Source of the DNA: Raillietiella orientalis
Lineage: Eukaryota
DNA length: 56,913 bases
Direction of reading: 5' to 3'
NCBI GenBank assembly: GCA_036172245.1
Contig: JAYWIR010000011.1
Span: forward strand, 4,588,001-4,644,913
The position numbers and the translations under genes were made by a program. Shown here piece after piece: positions 9,356-21,242 of the stretch; position 1 is the stretch's first letter, and every line of letters begins with the position of its first letter. The notes under the pieces are model-generated. The model was not told where the DNA came from and made no database searches. It saw only the letters and a program-made list of their open reading frames with translations.

Positions 9356-12342
9356 TCACCCGGATATGCCGGGGCATTTATCATTCTAATTTTTTACAAA
9401 AATTAGATAATAAAGTCTATGAAAAGATGTTTTCTGTGGGAAAACACTGGGTTCTCCCACCTTGCTCGACGTGTCGGTTGCCGGTGCATAGACCGGTTAG
9501 GTCCATTCCCGAGGCGCATGGGAAAGGAAAACTGAAACAAAAACAAACACAAAGAGAGCTAACGGAGAGGGAAACAGTTACATGGGGAGAGGGTGGGATC
9601 AGGGAAGGGATCACTGGGCGCCTGGGTTGGTCCTCCGCATCCTGTTGAGGATGCAGTCAAGTTCAGTTTTTATTGTGAAAGGTAGACGCCACCTTGTCGC
9701 CGTCTCTGAAGACATCGTCGTCCAGTGGATGGCGTCCCTGCATCTTGGGCCTCTTTTTCTGGCGTGTCACCTTTGCACAATGTTGCGCACGCAGCAGAGG
9801 ACTGCTAGAGACGCAGCGGGGCGCAGGCCTTCACGCAGAAAGAGGCGAAGGTAAATTTCCTTAGGGTCGCCTACTGGAAGATGGAGGATTATGGCTATTC
9901 GACCCCAGAGTCCATCCAGAAAGAAACACTCGGAGGTGAGATTCGGAAGGTTTCTCTTTCTCAGCACTCGACACAGCGGGCATCTACATTCCCCAGTGTC
10001 CAGTGAGACAGGCGTGCTCTGCTTAACAGTCCCCAGTGCAGAATAAGCAACGTCGTCTACTGCCACTTCAACGGAAGTGTGCCTCAATCCCAACACGCTG
10101 GGTGCCACTTCACCTCCTCCGGAGGTATTGCGAGCAGCTCTCCCCAGCGCGCAAGTCCGTGAGGCGAGACGCTCGGGGTGGCAGCGTCCGTGAGCTCTCG
10201 AGTCGTCCACGCCTCTAAAGGTTTTTTCCTGCCTCGGATGAGGCCGGACATTTCCCACGATGCCAGCTCGTTGCTGCTCCTACTGTTTTTTAGGGAGGAC
10301 AGAACGGGGGCAAGGGGGCTGAAAGAAGCCCACAGAAACTTCCCGGGCGTGGTGATAATCTCCTGCAGCGGCTGTCGAGCCTACGGTCCTCGTCGTAGGC
10401 AGTTGTATTCCGCCTCGCTCGTGCCGTTGATCTTAGCCCACGAGGAAGCTGACTCCTGAAGCCAGGCAGTGCAGTTCGCGGGGATGCAGGAGATCCAGGT
10501 ATTCTCCCTCATCAGGGCGACCATTTGGCGCAAATCAAGGCCACAGTTGGAGAGGCTGCGCTGATAGGCCACGAGGATCGAGGACAATCCTTCGCAGCCG
10601 GTCGCTCTTCTGGCGAGGAGCCGTGCCGGATCGCACCATGGCGTCATCCATAAGCTAGCCGCAAGGGCTAACTTCCGAAGTGTTGTCTGTAGTTGGATGC
10701 GCTCCAACGTAAGGAGGCCCAAGACACCATCCCTGCGTGGAGCGCACAAGTCTTTCAATCGGACTCGCGACCTCGCTGTGCCCCAAAGGGCAGTCCTCAA
10801 GAGGGCTTTGGTCCGTCTCTGTATGATGGAAGCGGCGGGGAAAACAAAAAGTAAGGGGCGAAGGAGCAGGGCCGCGAACGCGTTTCACACCGCGGCCCGC
10901 TCCTGCAATTAAAACCTGCCGTTCCGGAACGGGCCGATCGCCAACTCCACCTTTTGGAGACGGACGGACTAGGCTTCTGCAACGCAGAAGTCCCCCAACG
11001 GAACGCCAAGGTACTTGAAGCACCTGCCCGTGGGGATCCCCAAGCGGATCCAGTCCGGCCGTCCGGCCCACGCCGTATTGTTGAAAAGTTGTGGTGATGT
11101 TGGAACGATGGAAGATTTCTCTCTGTTCACCTCGAGGCCCGTCCCGCGGCGCAGCAACTCAAAGAAATCTTCGAGCGCCGACGCCGGGGTGGACCCGGGG
11201 AGCAGGAGCAGAAGGTCGTCGGCGTAGGCCCACACGGCAGGCGGGCCGGGACACGAGCTTGGCAGGGTTGCCAGAGTCTCCCTGTATGCCCTCAGCACCA
11301 GCTCGAAGTAGATGCTGAAGAGCATGGGGCTCAGACTGTCACCCTGCCTTATGCCACGCCGAACCGGCACGCCGTACACGTGCCGGTCGCTAAAAGAGAT
11401 GTTAATTAGAGCGAAGCGCCAGCAGGAGCGCAGGTAAGCCCGGAAGACGGCCGGGAATCCCAAGCGTTCCAGGAGCTCCAGAAGCAGTTCCTGCTCGACG
11501 CAATCGAACGCTTTACGCAGATCGACTGCGTCCGCAAGGGCACCGGGCACGGCTCTTTCATGAAAAGCGTCCCCTCCCTGGTCAGATTAGAATCCAGGAT
11601 TCTCTTGACCTCCCTGGTCTTCGCTTTGTTGCAACTGCCAACATGTACTGGCGAGGAACAGGTTGGCCTCCATGCTTCGTCCGGGAACAGCGTATGTCTG
11701 CTCCGGACTCATCACGGATTCCGCCACCCGTCCCAGTCGCTCAGCCCAAAGCTTGCAAGCAACTTCGCATCCGCATTCACTACTGTGATGGGACGCCAGT
11801 TGCCTACGTTGCGATTGTCTACTACTTTCGGCAGGAGACGTACTCTAGCTGACCGGAACGATTTGGGGACGTCCCCTTGTTCTCGCATCAGCATGCATAG
11901 CCGATGCACCAGGGGGGCCAGCTCTGTCACAAATCCTTGGTAGAACTCCGCGAACAGACCGTCTTCTCCTGGTGCTTTCCTCTTTCGGAGCTTTCCGATG
12001 GCGGAGACGATCTCTGCCATCGAGAAAGGCTCCTCGAGTTGATGTGCCTGCTCCTCCTGCAGCGCGGGGGCGCCTTGCGGCAGCAACCGCTGCGCCACGG
12101 CGCGCTCTGTTGTTCTACGCGCGTACAAGGAGGAGTAATAGTCCCGCAGGATGCGGTTTATTCTCGCCGGAGCTGAGCATTCTTTGCCTTGGGCGTCCAG
12201 CAAGCTGGCCGACCCGGATTGCCAGGTCTGTCGCTCAGCCCCAGCTTTATACTCCGCCAGGCGTCGAACGTCGGGAGTCCTAGAGTAAAGACGGGCGTGG
12301 TGGTATGCCCGGTCGTTCCTCAGCCGTTCGCCGAATCCCTGC
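9356..12342 (-). mobile_element. Copy E' (family E), 3' half: RT, C-terminus, 3'UTR and terminus
   Basis: WRPITVVN, DLRKAFD, GIRQGD, YADD; terminal gataaatgccccggcatatccgggtga on the minus strand at 9356-9382. Confidence 0.9.
9611..12342 (-). pseudogene. ORF2 RT and C-terminal region, frameshifted
   Basis: ORFs 11712-12428, 10969-11550, 10381-10800, 9767-10258; stop in CAGTGATCCCTTCCC at 9611-9613. Confidence 0.8.
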
Positions 12343-12440
12343 TGTGGAGAGCGGACGTGCTTTTCCTGCGCTCCGCCTGCGTGGCAAAGCGAGTGTTTTT
12401 TCTTCTTGAGTGATTTGTGCGTGCACATCGTCGGTGTCCG

Positions 12441-14314
12441 ATGGCAGCGTTGCTAGAGGACACCGCGATGGAAGTAGGCGTGATGGAGGCTTGTTCGTCC
12501 CCACAGCCTACTGGATTAGGGGCATCCGCCCCGGAATCGTCCCCGGCGACGCCGAGGTCATGGAGCGCCATGGTGGCCGCGCCTAGCGTGGAAGCCATGG
12601 CCGAGATGGAAGCCTACAAGAAAGCGGGGTATAAACCCTCGCTACTCTACAAGGTAGGCAACCTTTTCGATGGGCGTACTGCACGCGCCTTTACGAAGGC
12701 GCTGCAGAACGCCAATATTTTTGACAAAGATCTCGACGGCCTCTGCGTCCTCAGCGGCGGGCAGCGGGTCGAGGTGGTATGCAAGGATATCACCTTGGCC
12801 CGACACCTGATCACCGACCCGCTGATCGTTGATGGTCGGAAGATCTTGCCGATAACGATGGACCGCTCGGTGGTGGTCCATCTCACTGGGATCTCCAGTC
12901 GCATGACGAGGTCAGCGGTTCGAGAACAGCTACAAAAGCACGGAGAAGTGCACGCGTTGTGGCCGAAGTCCACGATTTTCCAAGGCTACAATAGCCTTTT
13001 CGGAGGTCAAGCTGCGGCGCGTATCACAGTAAAAGAGGGTGGTGCGCTTCCCCACAAGCTGGAGGTCTGCCAAGAAGCGGTGGACCTCTGGTACGTGGAA
13101 AAACGCCAATTTTGTGGCTACTGCAATGCAGTAGGGCATCTACGAAAAAGGTGCCCGAACATTGTGTGCCACCTATGCGGCGAAAAGGGTCACGTTCGGC
13201 GCGTGTGCCCCAAGCGCCCCACCCCGGTGCCCCCTGCCGCCAAAAGGCGCAGGGAAAACGTGGAAAGCTGGTAGAAAGACCAGCTCGCGAAAATGGCCGT
13301 TCCCAACTGCCAGCCTCCCTTCCTCCCGTACAGACGTCGGAGGAAATAGCTCCCGTGAACGCGGGAATGGAGGAGGGTTGGCAGCTGGTTCAGGCCAGAA
13401 AAGAGAAAAAAAAGAAAGTGATGCCAGAAGAACATTCGGAGAAGAAAACTGCCGGCAACAAGAAAAAAGCCGCGCCGCTTTCAAAAAAAAAACTCCGCGA
13501 ATGCTCGGTGGCACTGGAACGCTTAGCCGTTCCTGCCGAGTCCGCCCGCGGCAATGTTCGCGGAACAGCTGATGCGGACACGATGAATACTCGCGTGGAC
13601 GAGCCCATTCTACGTCTATAGGGTGAGACGCGAGACTCGCGCGCCGACAGCCAGGACGCCGCGCTCGATAAAGTCGCGGAGGAGCCCGCGGCAACGTTCG
13701 CCGTCAACGATGACGCCGCGCTCGATAAGGTCGCGGAGCAGCCCGCGGCAACGGTCGCCGCTGGCGAAGACGCGGGCTTCGAGAAAGCGGCGGAGGAGCT
13801 CGCAGCAACGCTCGCCGAGCGCGAAACCCCGTCGCGCAAGGGCGTACGCAGGTCGGCTCCGACGAAGAAGGCCCCCGCAGGTGAGTGCGACCTGGTGGCC
13901 GGAAGCGGACCCTCCTCCTCGGAGGCACCCCCCAGGAAGTCGGGACGCAAGTCCCAGAAACCCAGGAGGCGCCTCCCCTACACCAGCGAGGAGGAGAAAC
14001 CGGAAGGAAGCGGCAGCGTGGGAATCCCGGAGGGGGAATACCCACGCCCGGAAGCCGTCGAGTCGGCCACCCCCATGAAGGAGGGAGAGCAGGGGGCTGA
14101 AGTCGTCCCTGCAGTCGCGAAACCTGAGCAGCCCGAACCCATGGAGGAAGGCGAACAGGTAGGCGCGACTCCACCTGCGGGTGATCCGGCTGACGCGCCG
14201 GCACCGATGGAGGAGGAGGAAAAGGTGCCTTCAGTACCTGTCCCCCCTCCCCCTCCACCTAGCGTCCCGCCCCAGCAGGTGGCGGACGCCGCATCGCCGT
14301 TTTCCCTGGACTAA
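12441..14314 (+). pseudogene. ORF1 of copy F with two CCHC knuckles, frameshifted
   Basis: CGYCNAVGHLRKRC, CHLCGEKGHVRRVC; continues in ORFs 13112-13621 and 13895-14314. Confidence 0.85.
13655..13815 (+). repeat. 57-bp coding tandem repeat, about 3 units
   Basis: gacgc at 13655, 13712, 13769 (DAALDKVAEEPAAT-like units). Confidence 0.85.
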
Positions 14315-14955
14315 CACCTGGGCCCGCCAGTCGCCGTCGGATTCGCGCGGCCTGTTGGAACGTCAACGGGCTGCGCGACGGCGGCAACAGGCGAGATACA
14401 GCCGACACCCTGCGTGAGCTCGACCTGGCGCTGCTGCAGGAGATCCACGTGATCACCGCGGCAGACGCCCAGGAAATCGAGACGATCGCGGGGGTTCAGC
14501 TGTATTGGCGATGCGGCCTCCGCAACACCTGCGGGGTCGCGTTCTTCGTGAAGCCGGCCATGGACGGTGCCGTAAAGCGCGTGCGGTTTGATGACGACGG
14601 TCGGATCGGTCAGCTGATTCTCAGCTGGTCCGACTCGATCGACCTAATCGTCACAAACGTGTATGGCCCCAGCGGCAAACAGGGTTACCGCGACCGCACC
14701 AGGCTGCTGGAAACCCTGAAGCGCGACTGGCTGGCGGATACCAATGTGCGAAAGGCTAACCTGACAGCGGGAGATTTCAATCGAGTGCGGACGTGATTTT
14801 CTTCGCTCTCGTCTCCGTGCTTTCATCCGCTTCATCTTGGCGTCGTACATTTTGACGACGATGTCGACCCAACTTGAAGCTACTGAAGTTGGAGGAACAG
14901 CATCCGGATCTGCAATCGCGAAACCGACGGCCGCCTCCACTTCGTCTTTCTCGCA

Positions 14956-16782
14956 ATGGAAAGGAGTTTTGCTGACGTTGCTGCCACAGCAGCCGTCAAA
15001 GGGAAACCACTCGACGAGTCGGAGTTGCGGGCATACGTAGCCCAAGGCTATAGACCTGCACTCCGATATAAGGTGAGTGGTTTTCTTTCTGCGCGCGACG
15101 GGAATCAGTTCAACGATGAACTGACCCGTGTTGGCGTGCGGGAGGAGGACCTTCTCGCCATTATGCCCGTAAAAGACATGGGCTATTTCAAGGTGCGTTG
15201 CAAAGACGCTGCACTTGTGCAACGCTTGCTGCGCACCCCGTTGTCGATCCGTGGCCAGAAGGTCTTCCCGGCCGCCATGGACGACTCCTTTGTGGTGGAG
15301 ATTTTCGACATCGAGTCGGAAATCTCCGATACTGATATTCGGAACGCGTTGGCGAAATTCGCCACGGTCCATGCGCTGTGGAGGGTGCGTAGCAACCTCA
15401 AGGACTTCCCGTCCATACACAGCGGAGTCGCTGGAGTCCGGCTTACAATGCCGGACCGCCGTCTGCTGCCCACCAAAATACAGTTGAAAGACACGGTCGT
15501 TCACCTGTGGCTCGTGGGCAAAGTAAGAACGTGCGAGCAATGCGGGAAGGAGGGGCATTGTTTGGATAAATGCCCCTCTGGAAAATGCCGTTATTGCAAA
15601 CTATCCGGGCACCAATTGAAAAATTACCCGGATCTTTTGCGAAAAAAGGCAGCCGCGGAGCTCGATTTTAAAAAACAAAGCGCGGATAAAAAGAAAAAAT
15701 CTGCGAAAAACCTGGAGACCCCACGGCAGAAATTCGGTAAAAACACGAGGCGGAATGTCGCCCCAACGCAGCAGGAAACTTCGCACGCGAAGCCCTGCGC
15801 ACCCCTTCTCGCGGCAGGGGAGCCGCAAAAGAAAGGGTGCGGGGAATCCGGGGCAATGGTAAGTCCCTCTAGGCGCAATAGCTGTCCTTCCCAAGCACGC
15901 CCGGCTCTCTCGGAGTTCGAGCGACCGGCGGGGACGCCAATGGACAACGGCGGTAAGGACACTTCCAGTACCGTCAGATCCATTCCTTCACCTCCTGCAG
16001 TAACTGAGAAGCCCAAATCGGGTAAGAAGGGTTGTGCCGTGTCGACTTCGAAAGTCGGCAAAGAAAAATCCGCGTCGCGATCCAACACCGCGAAAGCGGA
16101 GAAAAACCTCACGCCGTCGCAGTCGGAGAGCAAGCTCTCGACTGGCGCGGATGCCATGCCAACGAAGGGATTAAAAGCCCTTCCGAAGCCAGCGTCCATG
16201 ACGAGCGTGTCAAAGCCATCGAAAGTGCTCCCGTCCAAAGACGCGGATGGCTTCAAAGATGGCCATGGAGCACAATCTCCATTTACGGCGCCACGCGAAG
16301 TGAGGAACCGTAATGAAGTAAAGAAGACTTCAGCAAAGGTCCCTCGTGCAACTGCGCGTGAGCACGCTGAAAACGCGCGCGCCGGGAAAGCAGCCGTCAC
16401 CAAAAGCGATGCTCTGGAGACGGAAAAAGACAACAAAACAGCCTTCAATCCAGCAGAACCTGTCACTACTTCGCGGAAGGCCGAAACCCGATCGAACATG
16501 CGCCGGTCGGACTCCGAAATGGATGCCGTTCCGATCACCGAGACGAGGACAACTCGTTCGAAAGCGTGTGCGCGCCGATCAAAAGTAGGCAGCCAGGCAA
16601 CGCTCGTCGCGAAGCAACGCGAAGTCTCCACGAAACCCGACGGGGTTCAGCCTGGCGTGGAGGCATTACATGCATGCAGCACGACAGAGGACGGTGGCGA
16701 CCGTCCCCTCCCGCCAGTCGTGCTGCTCGCCGTCTGCTCGCCGGATAAAGCGAGCAAAAAGCCGCCACCTTCCCAGCAGTAA
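14956..16782 (+). CDS. ORF1 gag-like nucleic-acid-binding protein (true start may be 14861 with a frameshift)
   Basis: 608-aa open frame; CEQCGKEGHCLDKC; basic low-complexity tail; stop overlaps the ORF2 ATG. Confidence 0.85.
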   Translation: MERSFADVAATAAVKGKPLDESELRAYVAQGYRPALRYKVSGFLSARDGNQFNDELTRVGVREEDLLAIMPVKDMGYFKVRCKDAALVQRLLRTPLSIRGQKVFPAAMDDSFVVEIFDIESEISDTDIRNALAKFATVHALWRVRSNLKDFPSIHSGVAGVRLTMPDRRLLPTKIQLKDTVVHLWLVGKVRTCEQCGKEGHCLDKCPSGKCRYCKLSGHQLKNYPDLLRKKAAAELDFKKQSADKKKKSAKNLETPRQKFGKNTRRNVAPTQQETSHAKPCAPLLAAGEPQKKGCGESGAMVSPSRRNSCPSQARPALSEFERPAGTPMDNGGKDTSSTVRSIPSPPAVTEKPKSGKKGCAVSTSKVGKEKSASRSNTAKAEKNLTPSQSESKLSTGADAMPTKGLKALPKPASMTSVSKPSKVLPSKDADGFKDGHGAQSPFTAPREVRNRNEVKKTSAKVPRATAREHAENARAGKAAVTKSDALETEKDNKTAFNPAEPVTTSRKAETRSNMRRSDSEMDAVPITETRTTRSKACARRSKVGSQATLVAKQREVSTKPDGVQPGVEALHACSTTEDGGDRPLPPVVLLAVCSPDKASKKPPPSQQ

Positions 16783-19700
16783 TGCGGGGAATCGCGTCTT
16801 CTCGTCGTCTGTCCGTAACGTGTTGGAACGTGAACGGACTGCAGAACGACGAAAAGAGGCGATTAGTAGCCAACGCCCTGCGCCCCTTCGACCTCGCGCT
16901 GCTGCAGGAGATTCACGTAATCTCCGACGAGCAGGCAGCCGAAATCGAGGATCGCGCAGGCGGAACGCTACATTGGCGGTGCAGCGGCGCACACACGTGC
17001 GGCGTCGCGTTCCTCGTAAGAGGAAAAATGGCGGAAGCGGTGCGTAGTGTTCGTTTCGATGACAACGGACGGATAGGCCAGCTTGTCATCAAGTGGTCCG
17101 AGTCCATCGATCTCGTCGTTACGAACGTCTACGCGCCGAGTGGCTCTCGCCACCTCGAAGAAAGAGTAGCTTTTTTTGGTGAGGTGCAGAGCCAGTGGCT
17201 CAACAACACCGGCTTCCAAGTGGCGCACCTCGTCGCTGGGGACTTCAACGTCCGCCTGCTCTCCGACGATTGGAGCCGCCCGAGGGAGCGCGCGCTGCCC
17301 ATCGAGATGTGCGCGTCCGTGCACGCCACCAACTTCATGGTCAGCGAACCTGAAATGGAAAGATCGCTCGATCACGTTTTCCTCGATGAAAACCTGCATT
17401 CGCGTGTGGGTAGGAGAGGAAGATTGTTGACTGAGCTTTCTGACCACCACAGGTTGGAGTTTGAGATCCTTCCGCCAGGCAGGGGACCTCCGTTGCAAAG
17501 CTGGAGGATGCAGGCGGATTGGCTTAGCCAACCGGAGGCTGCGGAGCATCTACGTGGATACCTCCGAGGCTTTGCCATTCAAGAACTTGCGGACTGGGAC
17601 GATCTCAAAAGATCTGTCCGCGAGTTCTGTTGCCAATTCCCCTTGCACCGGCTTCCACGCGGTTTCGGAGAGGGCGTGGCCAACAGTAGAGACTTTCTGC
17701 AGGCCCGCACGTTTTCGAGACGCGCGGATGTCGGGCGTCTCGCAGAGTACAAGGCGAGGGCCGAGCGCCAGGTCTGGCAGTCCGGAGCAGCATGCCTTTT
17801 GGACGACAAGGGCCAGGAATGTTCGGCCCCAGCCGGAGTACGCCGCATTGTGAGACGCTACTACTCCTCGCTCTACGCGGAATCCCCGACGGAGGATATT
17901 CTTTCTGAGATACTCCTGTCTCAGGATGCTCGTGTTGTCGGCGAGGAGGAACGCGAACGTCTCAACGAGCCCTTCACTGCGGATGAATTTCCATCCGATA
18001 TCGCTCGGCTGAAGAGACGAAAGGCGCCAGGCGAGGATGGGCTCCCTGCAGAGTTTTATCAGTGCTTCGCAGTGGAGCTCATTCCCTTGATGCTGAAACT
18101 CGCGACGCTGATGAGTGAATCCGGGAATGTCCCTGATTCCTTCCGCTCTGCGAAGGTGCGTCTCCTGCCGAAAGGCGGAGACTTGCGCCAACTTAACAAC
18201 TGGCGTCCGATCACCTTGGTGAACTCGGACGTCAAGTTGTTTTGCAAGCTGTGGGTCGCGCGGTTAGGAAGAATCGCGGAATCTGTGGTGAGCCCGGAAC
18301 AAACCTACGCGGTTCCGGGACGATCCATGGAGGCGAACATCCTTTTCGCGCGTACATGGATGCAGCTGCAGGAAGTTGTGGCGCAGCAAAGCCAGGCTGC
18401 TGCGAAAGTCGCTGCCGCAGGCAAAAAGAACAGGCGCCGACGGCAGGAGGGAACGCCAGGTGCCTTGGCGGTCGCGGTCGATCTCCACAAGGCGTTCGAC
18501 TGCGTAAACCAGAAGCTGCTTTTGGAGCTTATGGAACGCCTTGGGTTCCCGGCGCAACTCCTGCTGTATTTGCGCGCGTGCTGGCGCCACGCGCTAACCT
18601 GCATCACTTTAGCGGCTGCCGCGTGTATGGTATTCCCGTTCGTAGGGGCATCCGACAGGGCGACAGCTTAAGCCCGTTGCTCTTCAGCATCTTCTTTGAG
18701 TTGGTGCTAAGAGCATACAGGCTGACGCTGTCTCACTTGCCAAGCTCCTGCCCGGGAACGCCTGCCGTGGCCGCCTACGCTGATGACCTGCTTCTTCTGC
18801 TCCCCATGTCCACCCCGGCGTCCAGTGTCGAGGATTTCCTCGACCTGATTCGTCGGGGAGCGGGCGTGAGCGTGAACAGAGAGAAGAGCGTGGTCGTTCC
18901 TCTGGGTACGTCGTGGGAGGGGCAGTCCGACTGGATCCGCCTGGGGATCCCTACGGGCGGGTACTTTAAGTACCTTGGCGTTCCGTTGGGCGCTTCCGGC
19001 GCAGCCGAAGCGTGGGCGGACTGTCTGCAGAAAGCAGAGATGGCCATCAGCCCGTTCTTTAACGGCAAGTTTACCTTGCAGGAACGGGCGACTATTTGGA
19101 ACACCTTTGTGGCCCCCCTCCTCCGTCCCCTGTTTTTTGTTTTGGACCCCCCCTATGCGGCAAGACAGCGGGCTAAGCGCCTGCTCAGGAACGCTCTCTG
19201 GGGTCCGGCGAGATCCAGGATCCGCCTTAAAGATTTGTCAGCTCCGCGTCGGGATGCTGGTTTGGGTATCCTGACAATGGAGCGAATCGGACTGCAGGTG
19301 CAGTTCCGACTGCTGGCACTGTGTGCCCAGCAATGGACATCCCCTCTGTGTGTGCCAGCTCGCATTCTCCTGCGGAGATGCGCCGGCAGCGGAGGATTCC
19401 TCTCGCTTTTGCCGGGCACTCAATACAGGAAGCGGGGTTTCGGGTTTCCATTGCGGCAGTTGACCGCACTTCTGGAAGCACACTCTTGGATCTCCTGCCG
19501 CCCAATGAACTTTGAAGCCTGGCGGCAGGAGTCTGTTGAATCCTGAGCGGCGTTCCAAGGAATACGCCCTGAAGATCTTCGCCCCCTGCGGCAATTTTTT
19601 CCACGATCCTTGGAAGAAGTACTGCAGGACGAGGTGAAGTTTTCTAGCCTGGCTGCCACGCCTCTTGCCGCAGCGCTGTCTGCCCTCAGGGCAAGAAACG

Positions 19701-20305
19701 ACAGTTACCAACCGGCGAGGTGGGAGGTTTCCTGCACGATAGCGGGAAGAACCAAACTCCTTGGCACCTGGAAGACAAGTGAGTTGGCGGACGCCGCCAC
19801 TCCTCGTGTTACTGCAAAGGGACTCCTCCGGTGGGCAGAAGAACTTGCTGTCACCCCCGAAGAACTTGTAGTCCCTCCACAGTGTATGGACAGTTCGCTG
19901 CTCACCCTTGCTTGGAAACAAGCCGTGCTGCTTTTCGTTCACTGGGGTTTTCAGTGCAACGAGCGTTGGCATCGTGACTCCGGGGGACTTGCGTCTGTGA
20001 ACTGCGTTCGGTGCGGATCGACGGAGTCGATTCCGCACCTACTTCTGCACTGCGGTGTCCTACAAGGACTGTGGCGTAGGCTGGCAACAGCACTATTGCA
20101 TCCCGTGGACACCGCAAGAGACTTGCTGCGACGATTCTTCACGCCGAGCGGGCTTTCACTAAGCGCAAGGATTGCAACCATCGGTTGCATACGCGCGATA
20201 GTTTCCGTCCGCCAGGCGTTGGTAATCAACGGTCAGCACCAAAAGGTAATCAGCAAAGCATCCTTCCACATGGGAGCATCCGCTAGATGGCCTCATTTGA
20301 CATAG
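16782..20305 (+). pseudogene. ORF2 APE-RT-zinc finger, frameshift near 18605 and stop at 19544
   Basis: ORFs 16782-18671, 18242-19546, 19610-20305 together contain all APE and RT motifs. Confidence 0.9.
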
Positions 20306-20687
20306 GAGACAAAGAGGAATCTCGCCGCAATACACCACCGGTTTACACACCCTCATCAGCGGCCAACCCGGTGATCATTGCCGTACCCTCCATGAACTAA
20401 ATTTTTTTTTTGTTTTTACACCCGCGTCCCCATAGGCTCCGGATCATTTTAGGTGCTCATCGTATAAATCCCCGTGAGTACGGAGCCTAACCAAAAACCC
20501 TTTTCCCTTCCCTCCAGTGTTTGATTTTTGTTTGTTTCCCCTCATTCCCCCCACGCTGCGAGCGGTTTGTTTACCAGGCCTGCGTGCCGGTAATTTTTCT
20601 ATGTTCTCTGTCGTTCTCTTGGTTGGGGACATTGTCCCTGACCAGTTTATTATTATTAATAAACGCCCCGGCGTGACCGGGTGATAA

Positions 20688-21030
20688 ATTTCAATCTCCG
20701 CCTGCTAACAGGTGAGCCGGAACCACAAGTGAACGCGATGAACGAGTTGTGCGCCGCTATGCGTGCGCGCAACTTGTTCGCGGGTGAGAAAGCAATGGTC
20801 CGCAGCATCGACCACGTCTTCCTGGACGCTGACCTGTGTTGACGCGTCGGCAAACGGGGGAGGGTTGTTGCGCCGTTGTCGGACCATTCCCGGCTAATTT
20901 TCGAGATGCGGCCTCGCGACAAAGGACCGCCATCCAGAAATCCGCGTCTGCCGGGGGACTGGACGCGACTCTCAGGTGCGGAGGAACACCTTCGCGAATT
21001 TTTGAGAGGCGTCACGCTCCAGAGTCTCTG
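20688..21030 (+). pseudogene. Copy F continued: second half of the APE domain
   Basis: FNLRLL..IDHVFL..SDH..GVTLQSL resumes exactly after the copy C TSD. Confidence 0.9.
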
Positions 21031-21242
21031 TTTAAACCCGGTACGCCGAAACGTTTATTATTTCAAATAAACTCATATAAACTGTGACTGGACCAGTAGT
21101 CCAGCCACGCAACGGAAAGATATAGCCTGCCGTGCTACCGGTGCGCAGACCGGCGCGGTCGACCTCGGCAGCAGAGGGGAGGGGGAACGAAACAAAAAGA
21201 AAACAAAAAATAAACAAAAATCAGGGAGGGAGCGGGAAGGGA

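Larger units (their letters stand above)
12347..14782 (+). mobile_element. Copy F (family F), 5' part up to the APE GDFN motif
   Basis: 5' motif gagagcggacgtgcttttc; ORF1; ACWNVNG..AGDFN. Confidence 0.9.
14783..20687 (+). mobile_element. Copy C (family C), full length about 5.9 kb, 9-bp TSD atttcaatc
   Basis: TSD at 14774-14782 and 20688-20696; 5' motif; ORF1, ORF2; terminal hairpin at 20658-20687. Confidence 0.95.

Noticed and set aside
16782..20305. RT genes as bacterial retron, group II intron or DGR
   Set aside because: N-terminal APE, gag-like ORF1, C-terminal CCHC finger and TSDs define eukaryotic non-LTR elements
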